Below, one piece after another: positions 1-9,613 of a stretch of DNA of 53,664 nt; the stretch's first letter is position 1; each line of letters begins with the position of its first letter. Location: positions 1-53,664 of IMG/VR virus record IMGVR_UViG_3300020043_005951. One strand, written 5' to 3'. The notes beneath the pieces were generated by a model, which saw only the letters and a list, made by a program, of their open reading frames with translations, searched no databases and had not been told where the DNA came from. This DNA is from a virus. Its lineage: Duplodnaviria > Caudoviricetes. A program made the translations under genes and the position numbers.

Positions 1-7
1 CTAGTTG

Positions 8-1507
8 TTATTCGACTGGTTGTTCGTCAGCGTATTCCTCCTGGACGGCTTCAAGTACTTGATTGGTTTTCAGTTCGTCTTTATCGACTAGCCCCACGTC
101 AAGGCCAGTGAAGTGTGGGTAGTTGAATGCAGGCATCTTGAGCACGCCAGTCTTGGCATCCGCTCGTTTCGCTGGGAGGCGGGGGATCATATTCCCTGGG
201 AGTGGAGCACAGGTAACACCCTCGCTAGCTGGTTTGATAATTTCCCCTGCTTCATTGTGACTAGCAGCAATTGGGTAAGTGCTACGTGTGTCCGAAAAGT
301 GCTTGACGATGTTCACCAACGCCCCAAATTTTAACACGGTCCACTTGGTTATCTGATCCAGGGTTTTCTTGGTCGTATCCCCGTAGTGTGGAGCGAATGG
401 ACCTAGTTTGTCTTTTGCTACGCTGCAAAATCCTTCCAACAAGTCGAAGTCGATCTCCAGCGAATCGGGATAGGTAACCAACTTTTTCTCCCGATTGTCG
501 ATTTTCTCAATTCGCATATCGCTTGGGTTATCGATGTTGCTGGCAAGGATGATTGCCGCCAACAGTTTCGCACGTCCGAAGTACTTTTGAATCACGCCGC
601 CTTGCTCACGGTCCCATGCGTAGATTCGCATTGCAGCACGTTCCAATGCGGTGCTCTCTACTTCCTGCCCATTGGCGTCTGTAAACATCATTGGACTGAA
701 ACGAGAGAGCATATCGAAGTACTGCGACTTGTCGGCTTTGTACTCAGTGGTTGAACCATTAATATCGGAACCGCGACCACGTAGCCACACAAGTGAAGTA
801 GCCGTTTTGATGTCGGAAATGATCCCCTTGCGTGCATCATTAACCGATGCGAGATAGGGGCTATCGTTGAGCGTACGTAGCGTGTCGGCTGGTAAGAATG
901 CGTCCTGATGCCGAGACGAAGTGTCTTTGAGGTCACGTGACTTGCCAGTGTCGATAAAGTCACCTAGGCATTCTGCAATTCCGTCAATCACAACGAAGTG
1001 GAATTTGAGCGATGGATTAAGCAAGGTCGCAACGAATGCTGCCGTTAGTCGATGTTGTGCTGACAGTACCTTGCGGTCTGCAGTCCGCAACAATGGTTCG
1101 CCAGTCAGACCCCAACGTTGGTGCACCATAAATTCCAACAAACTTTGCCAATTGGTATCGTTCAACGCACGATTGGTTCCGTTATTTTTCGCTGCCCAGC
1201 GACGAAAACCATCCTTGCCGGTGCTTACTTTCCATTTGAATAGGTGGGGTCGTGGGTCGTCCTTCGACAATTCTTCCAAACCCATGTAATCGACTATCTC
1301 AGTGTTACCCCACAATACAACCCAACCAGCACGACAAACCACCCCCGGCGGTTCTACGGCTGTTTGAATGCCTACAATCGATTCTTGATTGGCTTGCTGA
1401 ATTTCGTCAGCGGTTAGCTGAAATGCAGTCCGTAGCAATTCGCGTCGAACAACTTTTGGCATCTCGGAAGTTAGTACACTTGACATGATATGAACCATTC
1501 TACCCAA
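8..1507 (-). CDS. ParB-like (xQHR motif) phage protein
   Basis: 499-aa ORF. NRxxN...W..TGEP...LSAQHRLTA...IDTGKSR resembles the ParB-like N-terminal domain (NR...DGQHRL.A...DTG..R) seen in phage proteins. Confidence 0.5.
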   Translation of the reverse strand: MGRMVHIMSSVLTSEMPKVVRRELLRTAFQLTADEIQQANQESIVGIQTAVEPPGVVCRAGWVVLWGNTEIVDYMGLEELSKDDPRPHLFKWKVSTGKDGFRRWAAKNNGTNRALNDTNWQSLLEFMVHQRWGLTGEPLLRTADRKVLSAQHRLTAAFVATLLNPSLKFHFVVIDGIAECLGDFIDTGKSRDLKDTSSRHQDAFLPADTLRTLNDSPYLASVNDARKGIISDIKTATSLVWLRGRGSDINGSTTEYKADKSQYFDMLSRFSPMMFTDANGQEVESTALERAAMRIYAWDREQGGVIQKYFGRAKLLAAIILASNIDNPSDMRIEKIDNREKKLVTYPDSLEIDFDLLEGFCSVAKDKLGPFAPHYGDTTKKTLDQITKWTVLKFGALVNIVKHFSDTRSTYPIAASHNEAGEIIKPASEGVTCAPLPGNMIPRLPAKRADAKTGVLKMPAFNYPHFTGLDVGLVDKDELKTNQVLEAVQEEYADEQPVE

Positions 1508-1610
1508 TTGGGTTTTGAATTACCTATGATCGGCATAGGCTACCGATAGGCGAATTGCCTAGTTCCCAGTGTGGTTGCGACCCCACATACGCTTTTCTGG
1601 GAGGGGAGGG

Positions 1611-1964
1611 TTACTGGTCTAATTCATCTAAAACCAAAACCCAACCGTTTGTGAATGCTTTGTGTGCTTTGAGCAATGTGCTATCGCTCATACGGAACCA
1701 ACAAACAGGTGAGGGGTCATTTCGTTTCCATCGTTGAACCAAAGCACGCAAAGCATGGGCGTATCGCTTGCCACTATCGGCAACGATTAAAGGCGGGTTT
1801 GTTGCAACTATGTGTTCAGTTACAAACCAATCTTCCGTCCATGTGGTTGTGATTGTCCATTCCGTTGACAATCCAAGCGTGAGTTGAACGCATTCCGAAA
1901 GTGTCTTGACTTGGATTGATCGCCATTGGCGGGTTGATTGTGACAGTATGCTGACAGTGTACAT
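1611..1964 (-). CDS. hypothetical protein
   Basis: 117-aa ORF with AAGGA RBS-like sequence and a sigma70-like promoter just upstream. Confidence 0.55.
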   Translation of the reverse strand: MYTVSILSQSTRQWRSIQVKTLSECVQLTLGLSTEWTITTTWTEDWFVTEHIVATNPPLIVADSGKRYAHALRALVQRWKRNDPSPVCWFRMSDSTLLKAHKAFTNGWVLVLDELDQ

Positions 1965-2012
1965 TGTGCGTTTTCCTTAGTTGGTCGCAGGTCTCGTTTG
2001 CTTGACATGAGT

Positions 2013-2040
2013 AGTATCGCACAATCCAAAACAATGTCAA
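2013..2040 (-). promoter_or_regulatory. sigma70-type promoter
   Basis: Minus strand TTGACA (2040-2035), 16-nt spacer, GATACT (2018-2013), upstream of ORF 1611..1964. Confidence 0.55.
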
Positions 2041-2243
2041 CATCCATTTTTAAATTATTCGGAAATATTTCCGATAGTCCCAATTTACCCCAATTGGGTG
2101 CGACAATTTGCCATACAGTATTTCTTATATCGCGAAGCAAATTGTGTGCCAACTAGGGGTGGTTTGTGAATAGATTCACAAAGTAGGTGGCGACTAGGGG
2201 ACGATTGGTAGTTGCTTGCAATGGTGCCAACAAAAGTAGCGGC

Positions 2244-2306
2244 TGCCATTCTGGCAACTGCCAATTCGACATGTCATTCTGGCATGTCATTCTGGCATGT
2301 CATTTT
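2244..2306. repeat. tandem 13-mer CATGTCATTCTGG (about 3 copies) plus palindrome TGCCA-TTC-TGGCA
   Basis: Read directly: units at 2270, 2283 and 2296 (partial), palindrome at 2244-2256. Confidence 0.85.
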
Positions 2307-2338
2307 GTCATACTACCTTTGGGGGATTCGATGGACCT

Positions 2339-2411
2339 ACCAATGGTGGTACTACTTCAGGGGGATAGTCGAACCACCAATGGTGGTACTACTTCCGGGG
2401 GGACTACTTCA
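2339..2411. repeat. direct repeats ACCAATGGTGGTACTACTTC x2 plus a third ACTACTTC
   Basis: Read directly. Each ACTACTTC is followed by a G-run. Confidence 0.85.
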
Positions 2412-2675
2412 GAGGGGGAGTCAACCCCACCTAACGAGGGGGAGCTGATTAAGAAGATTTGGATACAAAAGTTGCTCTATGCGAGGCAGGGAAATTTGAT
2501 CTTTTGTCCAAGAATTTTGATATATGCGACCCAGGGAAATTTGTTCTTTTTGGTGCATTTTGGAAAGTTAGTTAGAAGTGAGAGAGATAGAAGGGAGAGA
2601 GTGTAATTAAGAGAGAAAAACAAGCAAGCTAGAAACTGCAAGATGGGGAAGATTTTGTTTCTAACTTGCTTGTGG

Positions 2676-2936
2676 TTAAGCCGCGTACACACCCCACACG
2701 TTCATTTCCTGGGGGAAGGTAGGGAAGGGGATGGGTAAGTCAGATGTGTGTGAATCGATTGCTTCGAATACATCTTCAGCAGTTACCATACTGTCGTTGA
2801 TAGCAATAGTAGGGGTGTCTGGGTTGCCAGTAGTAAGTTGGGCATCAAATTTACCAGATGCTTTGTGGACTACACAGATAACCTGTGGAGTGTGAAAGGG
2901 AGTCAGGAGTTCAATTGCTTCTGCTAGATTCATCAT
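2676..2936 (-). CDS. hypothetical protein
   Basis: 86-aa ORF with AAAGGA RBS-like sequence upstream. Confidence 0.55.
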   Translation of the reverse strand: MMNLAEAIELLTPFHTPQVICVVHKASGKFDAQLTTGNPDTPTIAINDSMVTAEDVFEAIDSHTSDLPIPFPTFPQEMNVWGVYAA

Positions 2937-3104
2937 AATGGTTCCTTTGTTGAGTGTTTATACGTTTTGCTAATTAGTGGCGAGTGCAACATAGCGAATC
3001 GGCTACATTGCAATAATATACAGCGTAAACGCATAGGCAAGGGGCTGGTAGGAATTATTCAGAAAATAGTTATGGGAGAAGCGGTTAGGTTGTTTGTAAA
3101 TGGG

Positions 3105-3788
3105 TTAGGAAGTTGGTGGAGTAGTGGGAATGGTCATTGGTAAGGTTGGGTTGTTTAGTTTGCGACGTTGGTATTGTTGGTTGGATATCCATTTGACGAT
3201 TTTGGCTTGGAGTTGGTGCTTGCGACCCCACCGCACTAATTCACTTTCTGGGGGGAGAGGGATTGGGGAGTAAGGGGTGATTATGGAGTAGTTAGTGAAA
3301 GGAGTGGAAGGAAGTAGTTGAGTGTAACAGCCTGGATGTGGAAGGGATGAGAAGTGAGAGTATGTGTAATGCTGATAGGATTGTGCATGAGTAGGAGGAA
3401 GGTGATTAAGGATGATTGTGCAGAGGAAGTTGGGTCCACATAGATCACGATACATTTGATGAATTGTGATTTGGTTGTTGGGATATTTGTGTCTGGAAGT
3501 ACATGAGTGGATTGTACCTATTCCAACATAGAAGGGCAATAGGTCGTCGGTTGTGTGCCATAGGTAGAGGCAGAAGTTGGGTTGTTGGTTGGATTGGTCA
3601 AAGAAATTGGATAGCTGGTTAGGCAGGTAGTTGGCATAGGAGTTTAGGGGTTTGTTGAAGGATAGGTAAGGTGCGGTGAATGGGCAATCTTGAGGAGCTA
3701 GTGGGATTGAGTAGCTTGGGTCGTTTGCGAGGTTTGGGTCAATTGTTTGAATGTTGTGTACTAATGGGGGTTCTGGTTTTCGTGTCAT
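3105..3788 (-). CDS. hypothetical protein with degenerate GIY-YIG-like motif
   Basis: FCLYLWH...LPFYVGIG resembles the YxYxH...PFYVGKG GIY-YIG signature. Low-complexity P/N/Q-rich flanks. Confidence 0.4.
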   Translation of the reverse strand: MTRKPEPPLVHNIQTIDPNLANDPSYSIPLAPQDCPFTAPYLSFNKPLNSYANYLPNQLSNFFDQSNQQPNFCLYLWHTTDDLLPFYVGIGTIHSCTSRHKYPNNQITIHQMYRDLCGPNFLCTIILNHLPPTHAQSYQHYTYSHFSSLPHPGCYTQLLPSTPFTNYSIITPYSPIPLPPESELVRWGRKHQLQAKIVKWISNQQYQRRKLNNPTLPMTIPTTPPTS

Positions 3789-3854
3789 TGGATTAAGTTT
3801 TTGCTATATGCGAGGGGTGGAAATTTGATCTTTTGTAGAGAAAACGTGTTTGGG

Positions 3855-4088
3855 TCAGATCAGGTAGTTACCTGTTATTAAGTAGTGTTCCATATAGACT
3901 AGTCGGGTTTCAATTGGGATATTGTGTAGTCCATATGGGTCTGGGTCTGCTGATTGTAGATAGCGTATTCGTTTCTCTGTTTCTTGTTTAAGATTGAATG
4001 AATCTCCATACTCATCGTATAGATCAAATGTATATGAAGCGTCTGTTTCTGTACATTGGTGTTGTTGATCGAATAAGTGTTCAAGCAT
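3855..4088 (-). CDS. hypothetical protein
   Basis: 77-aa ORF with AAGGA RBS-like sequence upstream. Confidence 0.5.
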   Translation of the reverse strand: MLEHLFDQQHQCTETDASYTFDLYDEYGDSFNLKQETEKRIRYLQSADPDPYGLHNIPIETRLVYMEHYLITGNYLI

Positions 4089-4098
4089 GTTTGGTTCC

Positions 4099-4431
4099 TT
4101 AGTATGGTTGGTATTCGCCGAGTTCGGCCAGCATGATTTCTACGACTCTCTGGAGGGGAAGGGCTGAGTGAGGGGTGCGTTGTTTGTGTGGGATTTTGCC
4201 TTCTAGTTTGAAGTCTATTTGTGCTTGGAGTGCAGCAGATAGGGAATCGTGTGTGCCTAAATAGACTCGTGCTCCAGATTGGTTTGCATATGCACGAAAA
4301 CGACCAGAGCCATTTGGGACTATGTTAGGTGGATTGTCGGGTAAGGGTTTGTCTGATAATAGTTCTGGGTTTGGGACTGGAGTAGAGTCGGATAGATGCG
4401 TACTGTATTGGGGTTGCCAGAATTTAGGCAT
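4099..4431 (-). CDS. AP2-domain DNA-binding protein
   Basis: GRFRAY....GARVYLGTHDSLSAALQA matches the AP2 domain pattern. Lies next to an HNH gene. Confidence 0.6.
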   Translation of the reverse strand: MPKFWQPQYSTHLSDSTPVPNPELLSDKPLPDNPPNIVPNGSGRFRAYANQSGARVYLGTHDSLSAALQAQIDFKLEGKIPHKQRTPHSALPLQRVVEIMLAELGEYQPY

Positions 4432-4532
4432 GGTTATATCTCTTGTAATAAGTTGGGTTGTATAAGATAAGAATTAGATACAGCCCTAGGAGGCCGGTAG
4501 GTGTGGGTTTAGATTGTTTGTAATTGTGTGTA

Positions 4533-5060
4533 TTATGCTTGATTATCTTCCTTTCTATTTATTATTGTAACTTCATTTGTATGTATATTTATTATTATTG
4601 ATGGTTTGGATTCAGAGGAGGAAGGTGGTGATGTTCCATGACGTTCTGTGAAGCCTAAGGCTTTTCTTTCTTCTGTTAGTGGGAGTGTATTTGTTTGATT
4701 TGCTTTCTTTCTGGTGTTTCGAGCATTCAATGCTGCGTCCACGTTTCTCAAATTATGCCAACGGTTGTCGAATCGATCTCCGTTGATATGATCGACAATT
4801 TCAGGATCTTCATCAGTCATGTATTTCCATATCAATCTATGCGCTTGATACGATTCACCTTTGTATATTATTTTAATATAGCCGGATTTTTCAAGCCTAC
4901 CACAATATCCTTCTGATATGTGATATTCTCGTGCTTTTCCTTTTTCCTTTTTAGGTCTATGTCTTACAAATAATCCAGTACTGGGATAATAAGTAAAATC
5001 TCTTTGTAACAAATATTGTTCTGGCAATGGTAATCGTTTTGAAGATATTCTGATTGTCAT
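4533..5060 (-). CDS. HNH homing endonuclease
   Basis: YQAHRLIW...VDHINGDRFDNRWHNLR is a classic phage HNH (HNH_3) motif. Locally AT-rich. Confidence 0.9.
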   Translation of the reverse strand: MTIRISSKRLPLPEQYLLQRDFTYYPSTGLFVRHRPKKEKGKAREYHISEGYCGRLEKSGYIKIIYKGESYQAHRLIWKYMTDEDPEIVDHINGDRFDNRWHNLRNVDAALNARNTRKKANQTNTLPLTEERKALGFTERHGTSPPSSSESKPSIIINIHTNEVTIINRKEDNQA

Positions 5061-5466
5061 TTGTTTAACCTTAATTGTAATAGGAATATACTTAGAAGTA
5101 AGAGTATTAGTATATCATTAGTATATCCTCCAGAGAATAATAGAGAAGAATCAGAATACGACTATTTTATACTATGTGTTTATTGTATATGTTTATAAAT
5201 AATGTAACAAACCGCCGAAGGGGGGATATTCCCTGTCCGGAACGACCCTGAGATATTATCTTATACAGTAGCCTTAATAAGTCAAGCCCAATCAACGCAA
5301 ATAATTGGACGACTAAGATATCAAGCCTAGGGGTGATCGTGCGAACCAAGCGATGCTAGGGGCATTGCCGAGGCGATAGGCGGGCCAGGTAGGGGACGCC
5401 CGAACTAGTATTATAAGAAATGTAAACAGTACACAAACGAAAAAACCTAGATGCTTCCACCTAGGT

Positions 5467-5691
5467 TTATCTGCTTCTGTATACACAAACGTCACAGAAT
5501 ATTACTTGATCTTTGTTTCCAATAGTTCCGTCTTTGTATTCAATTGATTTTATTTCCTCTTTGTCTTGAGTACAATCAACAGACAATAGCTTACAAGAAT
5601 ACAAAGACGTTGTTCCAACACAACCACAATGCACAAGACCAATTCTAGTTTTGGACCTGTGCGTGCATATCTCTGTATTTTTTAAGGGCAT
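5467..5691 (-). CDS. small Cys-rich protein (CGC, CxxC)
   Basis: 74 aa with 7 Cys. Overlaps the end of the upstream gene, so the start is uncertain. Confidence 0.5.
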   Translation of the reverse strand: MPLKNTEICTHRSKTRIGLVHCGCVGTTSLYSCKLLSVDCTQDKEEIKSIEYKDGTIGNKDQVIFCDVCVYRSR

Positions 5692-6196
5692 CTTTGAGAG
5701 GGAACCAAGGTTTGAATAGCTTAGTATTTACTAGATTGTGAGCATACCAACAGCTTACAAAATAGTCCATATAGCGTTCAAACACAATAGGAAAGTAGAG
5801 GGTTATTTCTTCCCAGTCTTCTTGACAATTACAACCAAATTCAGGTATCATAGTATGAACCCAAATCTGATAGTCACGTTCAGCAGTCTTAGAACACCAG
5901 TCAGGAAGATAATAAGAATGCAATGCGTCCCATGCTTTATGAGATTGTTCCAATTTTTCACGTGAGATAGGAAGCTGTTCAGTTTGCATACATTCAAACA
6001 AGTCTGGATCAGGTTCTAATCCTGCTTTCATTTGAGCAGTTCTTGCCATGCTGCACGTCACCCCATTGATTCTCTGGGGGAGGGAGGGATGACTGCTGCA
6101 TGCTAGGCATTGTTCAGCTATTGGAGAGCATCTTAGCTTGGCTAGCTCAGAGGCGACTACGCACTCTCCTTGGAATAGATATTTGCAATCTGACAT
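5645..6196 (-). CDS. Erv1/Alr-like FAD sulfhydryl oxidase with Cys-rich N-terminus
   Basis: W..LH...C.C...W..HN.VN..L.KP (AWDALHS, GCNCQEDW, CWYAHNLVNTKLFKP). The active site is CxC rather than CxxC. Confidence 0.65.
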   Translation of the reverse strand: MSDCKYLFQGECVVASELAKLRCSPIAEQCLACSSHPSLPQRINGVTCSMARTAQMKAGLEPDPDLFECMQTEQLPISREKLEQSHKAWDALHSYYLPDWCSKTAERDYQIWVHTMIPEFGCNCQEDWEEITLYFPIVFERYMDYFVSCWYAHNLVNTKLFKPWFPLKDALKKYRDMHAQVQN

Positions 6197-7032
6197 AATG
6201 GTTTTGCCTTATCCAAACAGCCTTGTGAGCGTGCTGTATTGTAAGTAGGTGAATTGCGTATCTGGTTGAGTAACTCCCGTTGTCGTCTTAGTACCTCTTG
6301 ACCACCTGATCCTTTGTCTCTTGTGAAGTGTGGTCCATTGGTTAATGAATCAGGGTGAAGACGTCTAGTAGCAAGTGGTTCTTCAAAGCAATATGTTGGT
6401 ATGCCTAAGAAGGAGGTTACATTGTCAAGAGCTAAATCTTGCGAGCACATCAATTCACAGAAGCCGTTGATTCGCTTAAACATTTCAATAGATACAGCAC
6501 GTGTACTATTGATTAGCCGTCCTTTAGGTACATTACCAAAAGTACCGCCACATTTAAGAATCGGCTCTTCAACGTGACGATTTCCTTTGTATCCAGGTAA
6601 TCCTTTTTGAATCATTGCTGCACTAACTTGATCGAATCCATTCCTTAATTTATCAAGTTGCTTAATAAGTCTGGTTGGAAAGGAAATGTCATCAGCATCT
6701 TGTAAAGCAAGATAAGGTGTTACTGCATGATGAGCAACAACAGCATTAGCAATACGACCAGGACCAAGAGTCGAGTCAGTTCTGTAGTATCGAATACCTT
6801 CCTTATTAGGTAAGTTGTCTGGAAAGTCACAATTGTCAGCTACAACATGAATAAGAGGACTAACTCCTACTTGAACAAGAATAGACGCAATAGCAACATT
6901 AACCAAGTGAGCATCTGTCTTGCAGAAAGGAATTACTACATCAATGTCATAGTTGGAAGCAGAAGGAATAGGTAAGTTGGAAGCAGACGGATTGGATGGA
7001 TGGGATGGATTGTTGGGAGAGGGTTGGTTCAT
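6157..7032 (-). CDS. GT2-family glycosyltransferase
   Basis: IDVVIPF, VVADN, LQDADD.S.P.RL..Q and INGF...D motifs. Start taken at the internal ATG (MNQPS). Confidence 0.85.
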   Translation of the reverse strand: MNQPSPNNPSHPSNPSASNLPIPSASNYDIDVVIPFCKTDAHLVNVAIASILVQVGVSPLIHVVADNCDFPDNLPNKEGIRYYRTDSTLGPGRIANAVVAHHAVTPYLALQDADDISFPTRLIKQLDKLRNGFDQVSAAMIQKGLPGYKGNRHVEEPILKCGGTFGNVPKGRLINSTRAVSIEMFKRINGFCELMCSQDLALDNVTSFLGIPTYCFEEPLATRRLHPDSLTNGPHFTRDKGSGGQEVLRRQRELLNQIRNSPTYNTARSQGCLDKAKPLCQIANIYSKESA

Positions 7033-7036
7033 TTTG

Positions 7037-7717
7037 TTACCTTGGTTTGCAAAGTATGTCTGATGAAATATCAAGAGGGGTTCGTACTTCAGTTGTGTAG
7101 CCAAGTTCGCTCAAAAGAGCTAGTAGATCGTTGACTGTGTGTCCTTTACGTGAAAGTGTTTCAGGATTCGATTCAATACACATTACTGGTTTGTAAGTGC
7201 GAATCGTGTTAGCTGCTCCAAGCAAGGCAGCAATTTCATCACCTTCAACATCAATCTTCATGAAGGTAATGTCAGTGAATTTGAAGTCGTCAATTACTAC
7301 AGTAGGTATCGACCAACCAGGCTTTGTGTATACTGCACCGTAATTAGTACCACAATCAACCAGGTCGATGAAGCCGTTGACGTTTGATACCGCAGCGTTA
7401 AACAATTGAGAGTTTGTTCCTACCATGTTATGTAGTAAACACTCATAGGCAATTGGATTCGGTTCAAAGCAAATAACCTTACCGTACTTAGCATAGTTAT
7501 AAGCATGAGTACCAATGTTGGCTCCACAGTCAATCATAGTACCATGCAGATAAGGACGCAAGTAATCTAGGAAGCCAGTGTGATGGTCAAGCTTACCTGC
7601 TTCTTTTACCCACTTGGTGAAGTAGGCGTCATTACGTATAAGGGCAATGTGATTCCAGATTTCAATGTTTGGGTTCATGAGTGGGTTCCAGAGGTTAGGA
7701 TGGATTTCGTAGTTCAT
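7037..7717 (-). CDS. FkbM-family SAM methyltransferase
   Basis: IDCGANIG, FEPNP, MKIDVEGDE...L.GA..TI...KP. Confidence 0.9.
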   Translation of the reverse strand: MNYEIHPNLWNPLMNPNIEIWNHIALIRNDAYFTKWVKEAGKLDHHTGFLDYLRPYLHGTMIDCGANIGTHAYNYAKYGKVICFEPNPIAYECLLHNMVGTNSQLFNAAVSNVNGFIDLVDCGTNYGAVYTKPGWSIPTVVIDDFKFTDITFMKIDVEGDEIAALLGAANTIRTYKPVMCIESNPETLSRKGHTVNDLLALLSELGYTTEVRTPLDISSDILCKPR

Positions 7718-7738
7718 GATTAGGTGCTTGAGTTGGGT

Positions 7739-8299
7739 TCATGGGTTGGGTTTTCTTAAATACCAAGAGGTGCAAGGAGTTGTAAAAAAGTGTCCAGGGT
7801 GTAATTCGACAAAGAGGTCTACTGAGGCTTTTACTTCACATCGGAAGTGTGGTTCGTTTACGTCGTAGTAGTCATGACCACAAAGTAATCCACCAGGACG
7901 TAGTAATGACCAGTAGTTGTACAAGTCTCTAGTTATCTGTGGATTGTGATGGTTGCCATCAATATACACAAAATCAAGACTAGGAAGTAAAGGGAATGCA
8001 ACATCACTAGTTTCCTTGATTAGTATGTATCGAGAGGAATGGTCTTGTAGATTATGTAGGGTGTCTTTGTATGCTTGCTCAAATTCAATGTTTGCTGATC
8101 CGTCTATGTAAGTACCACATTTGGATAAATCATACGGATCAATAAGAAACATACCAATACCTTTCCAAGCATTAAGTATGTTTAAAGCATTCAATCCAGC
8201 TTCAACACCAATCTCAGCACCGAAACCAAGCAATCCCAGATGATTAAGGTACTCACCTAATTCTGATCTGTCAGCGAGTTGCATTGATGATGCTTTCAA
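7739..8299 (-). CDS. class I SAM methyltransferase (Methyltransf_24-like)
   Basis: AEIGV..G, IDPY, LDFVYIDGNH, LLRPGGLLCGHDY. Confidence 0.88.
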   Translation of the reverse strand: MKASSMQLADRSELGEYLNHLGLLGFGAEIGVEAGLNALNILNAWKGIGMFLIDPYDLSKCGTYIDGSANIEFEQAYKDTLHNLQDHSSRYILIKETSDVAFPLLPSLDFVYIDGNHHNPQITRDLYNYWSLLRPGGLLCGHDYYDVNEPHFRCEVKASVDLFVELHPGHFFTTPCTSWYLRKPNP

Positions 8300-8966
8300 T
8301 TTCGAAGCGTTCTTCAGGTTTTAACCCTGACCACGACCAAAATTGTTTACATGGCCAAGGTTTTATGTCCTCAGTGAAGTAGTAGGGATGGTTCTGTTGG
8401 TAAGCAAATGCACCGATGCAGTTGAATTCTGAGAATGCTCTGTTCGTAACCGTTTGTGCATGATTGTGCAACTGAGGATACGCTTCAGATAATGCACGTA
8501 CAGTTTCCGTTCTGTGCATAATCGGAAATGTTCTCATAAACTCATGAGTAGGAACAAATCCCAATGCCTTCTCGACCACCCCCTGCCAGTGACCTCCCTG
8601 GGGAGGAAGGAGATAGTAGGGAGTCATGTACAAGATTGGTTGTTTGACTGAGAACATATCTTCAAGATTGAAGTAGTCTGTGTAGATGCAGTCTGAGTCA
8701 GTATAAAGAATATGTTCAGTTTCAACATACTTATAAGCATCTAGCTTATCAAGCTGCTGACCAATGTAGCCGTCAATACTATTGTACTGTCTGCTGTAGA
8801 TGATCGAATCAAAGAAAGCAAATGCTTCTTGAGGAGGTACTTCACCTTCAGGAACTACAAGCATAGAAGTGGCGTATCCTGTGAGATACTTTTGCATACT
8901 TGCAATAGCATAGGTTAGCCATTTGTAGTCGGGACCATATGAACGAACAAATAGGGTTATGCTCAT
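8271..8966 (-). CDS. putative glycosyltransferase (GT-A / DUF6492-like)
   Basis: GY..QQ..KL, DSD metal-binding motif, FSEF. Sits within a glycan-modification cluster. Confidence 0.6.
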   Translation of the reverse strand: MSITLFVRSYGPDYKWLTYAIASMQKYLTGYATSMLVVPEGEVPPQEAFAFFDSIIYSRQYNSIDGYIGQQLDKLDAYKYVETEHILYTDSDCIYTDYFNLEDMFSVKQPILYMTPYYLLPPQGGHWQGVVEKALGFVPTHEFMRTFPIMHRTETVRALSEAYPQLHNHAQTVTNRAFSEFNCIGAFAYQQNHPYYFTEDIKPWPCKQFWSWSGLKPEERFEIESIINATR

Positions 8967-9613
8967 GGTTTTAGTTTTCTGTTTGAGAGGTATCGTCTAT
9001 CAGTTAAATCAAGCAATCCATTGGAAATAGATTCAACTGATTGATTGAATTCAAATTCAAGTAGCTTTAGACAACGTCGATGGTCTGTTACTTCCCATTG
9101 CTCCTTATGATCCTCATGGAAGATACCATCAGTGATAGTTTGGATTCGATAGCCAACTTTGTGAAGTTTCCAAACCAACCAATAATCCCAACCAGGAATA
9201 CCAAGTGCCCAAAGTGGGTTCCGCAAGTGTTGACGCATTTCTGGGAGGAGGAGGAAGATATCTATCCCATACTTGTTGACTTGTTTGTGATTGGCGTTGT
9301 AATCAGTACGTAATCCGATCTTGAGTACATTTGATTCAGGTTGCCAGGATGTTGGATTGAATGTACGAATCTCAATGTCTGAATTAACAAGCAAAGTTGG
9401 TTCAGATACGTTAATCAAGTCAACAATGGAAGGAGTCCTCTTACTCCACCAAGTATTAGGTTGAACCCAAGTGATACAAGGAGTGATCTGTAGTGCATAG
9501 TTTTCACCATAACACTGTATTGCTTCAATATCAAAGTCGTGTTGTTTCCATGTTTCAAGAGCGTTCAGTTGAGAGGGTAGTCGAGAGGGTGAGAAGGATG
9601 TAATGAGTTTCAT
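8963..9613 (-). CDS. putative glycosyltransferase-like protein
   Basis: LLVNSDI, GIDIF, LG.PGWDYW and H..H...W, plus gene context. Confidence 0.5.
   Translation of the reverse strand: MKLITSFSPSRLPSQLNALETWKQHDFDIEAIQCYGENYALQITPCITWVQPNTWWSKRTPSIVDLINVSEPTLLVNSDIEIRTFNPTSWQPESNVLKIGLRTDYNANHKQVNKYGIDIFLLLPEMRQHLRNPLWALGIPGWDYWLVWKLHKVGYRIQTITDGIFHEDHKEQWEVTDHRRCLKLLEFEFNQSVESISNGLLDLTDRRYLSNRKLKP

Noticed and set aside
2270-2411. Short repeats as a mini CRISPR array
   Set aside because: Units are contiguous 13-mers, or two 20-mers separated by only 17 nt. There is no regular spacer architecture.
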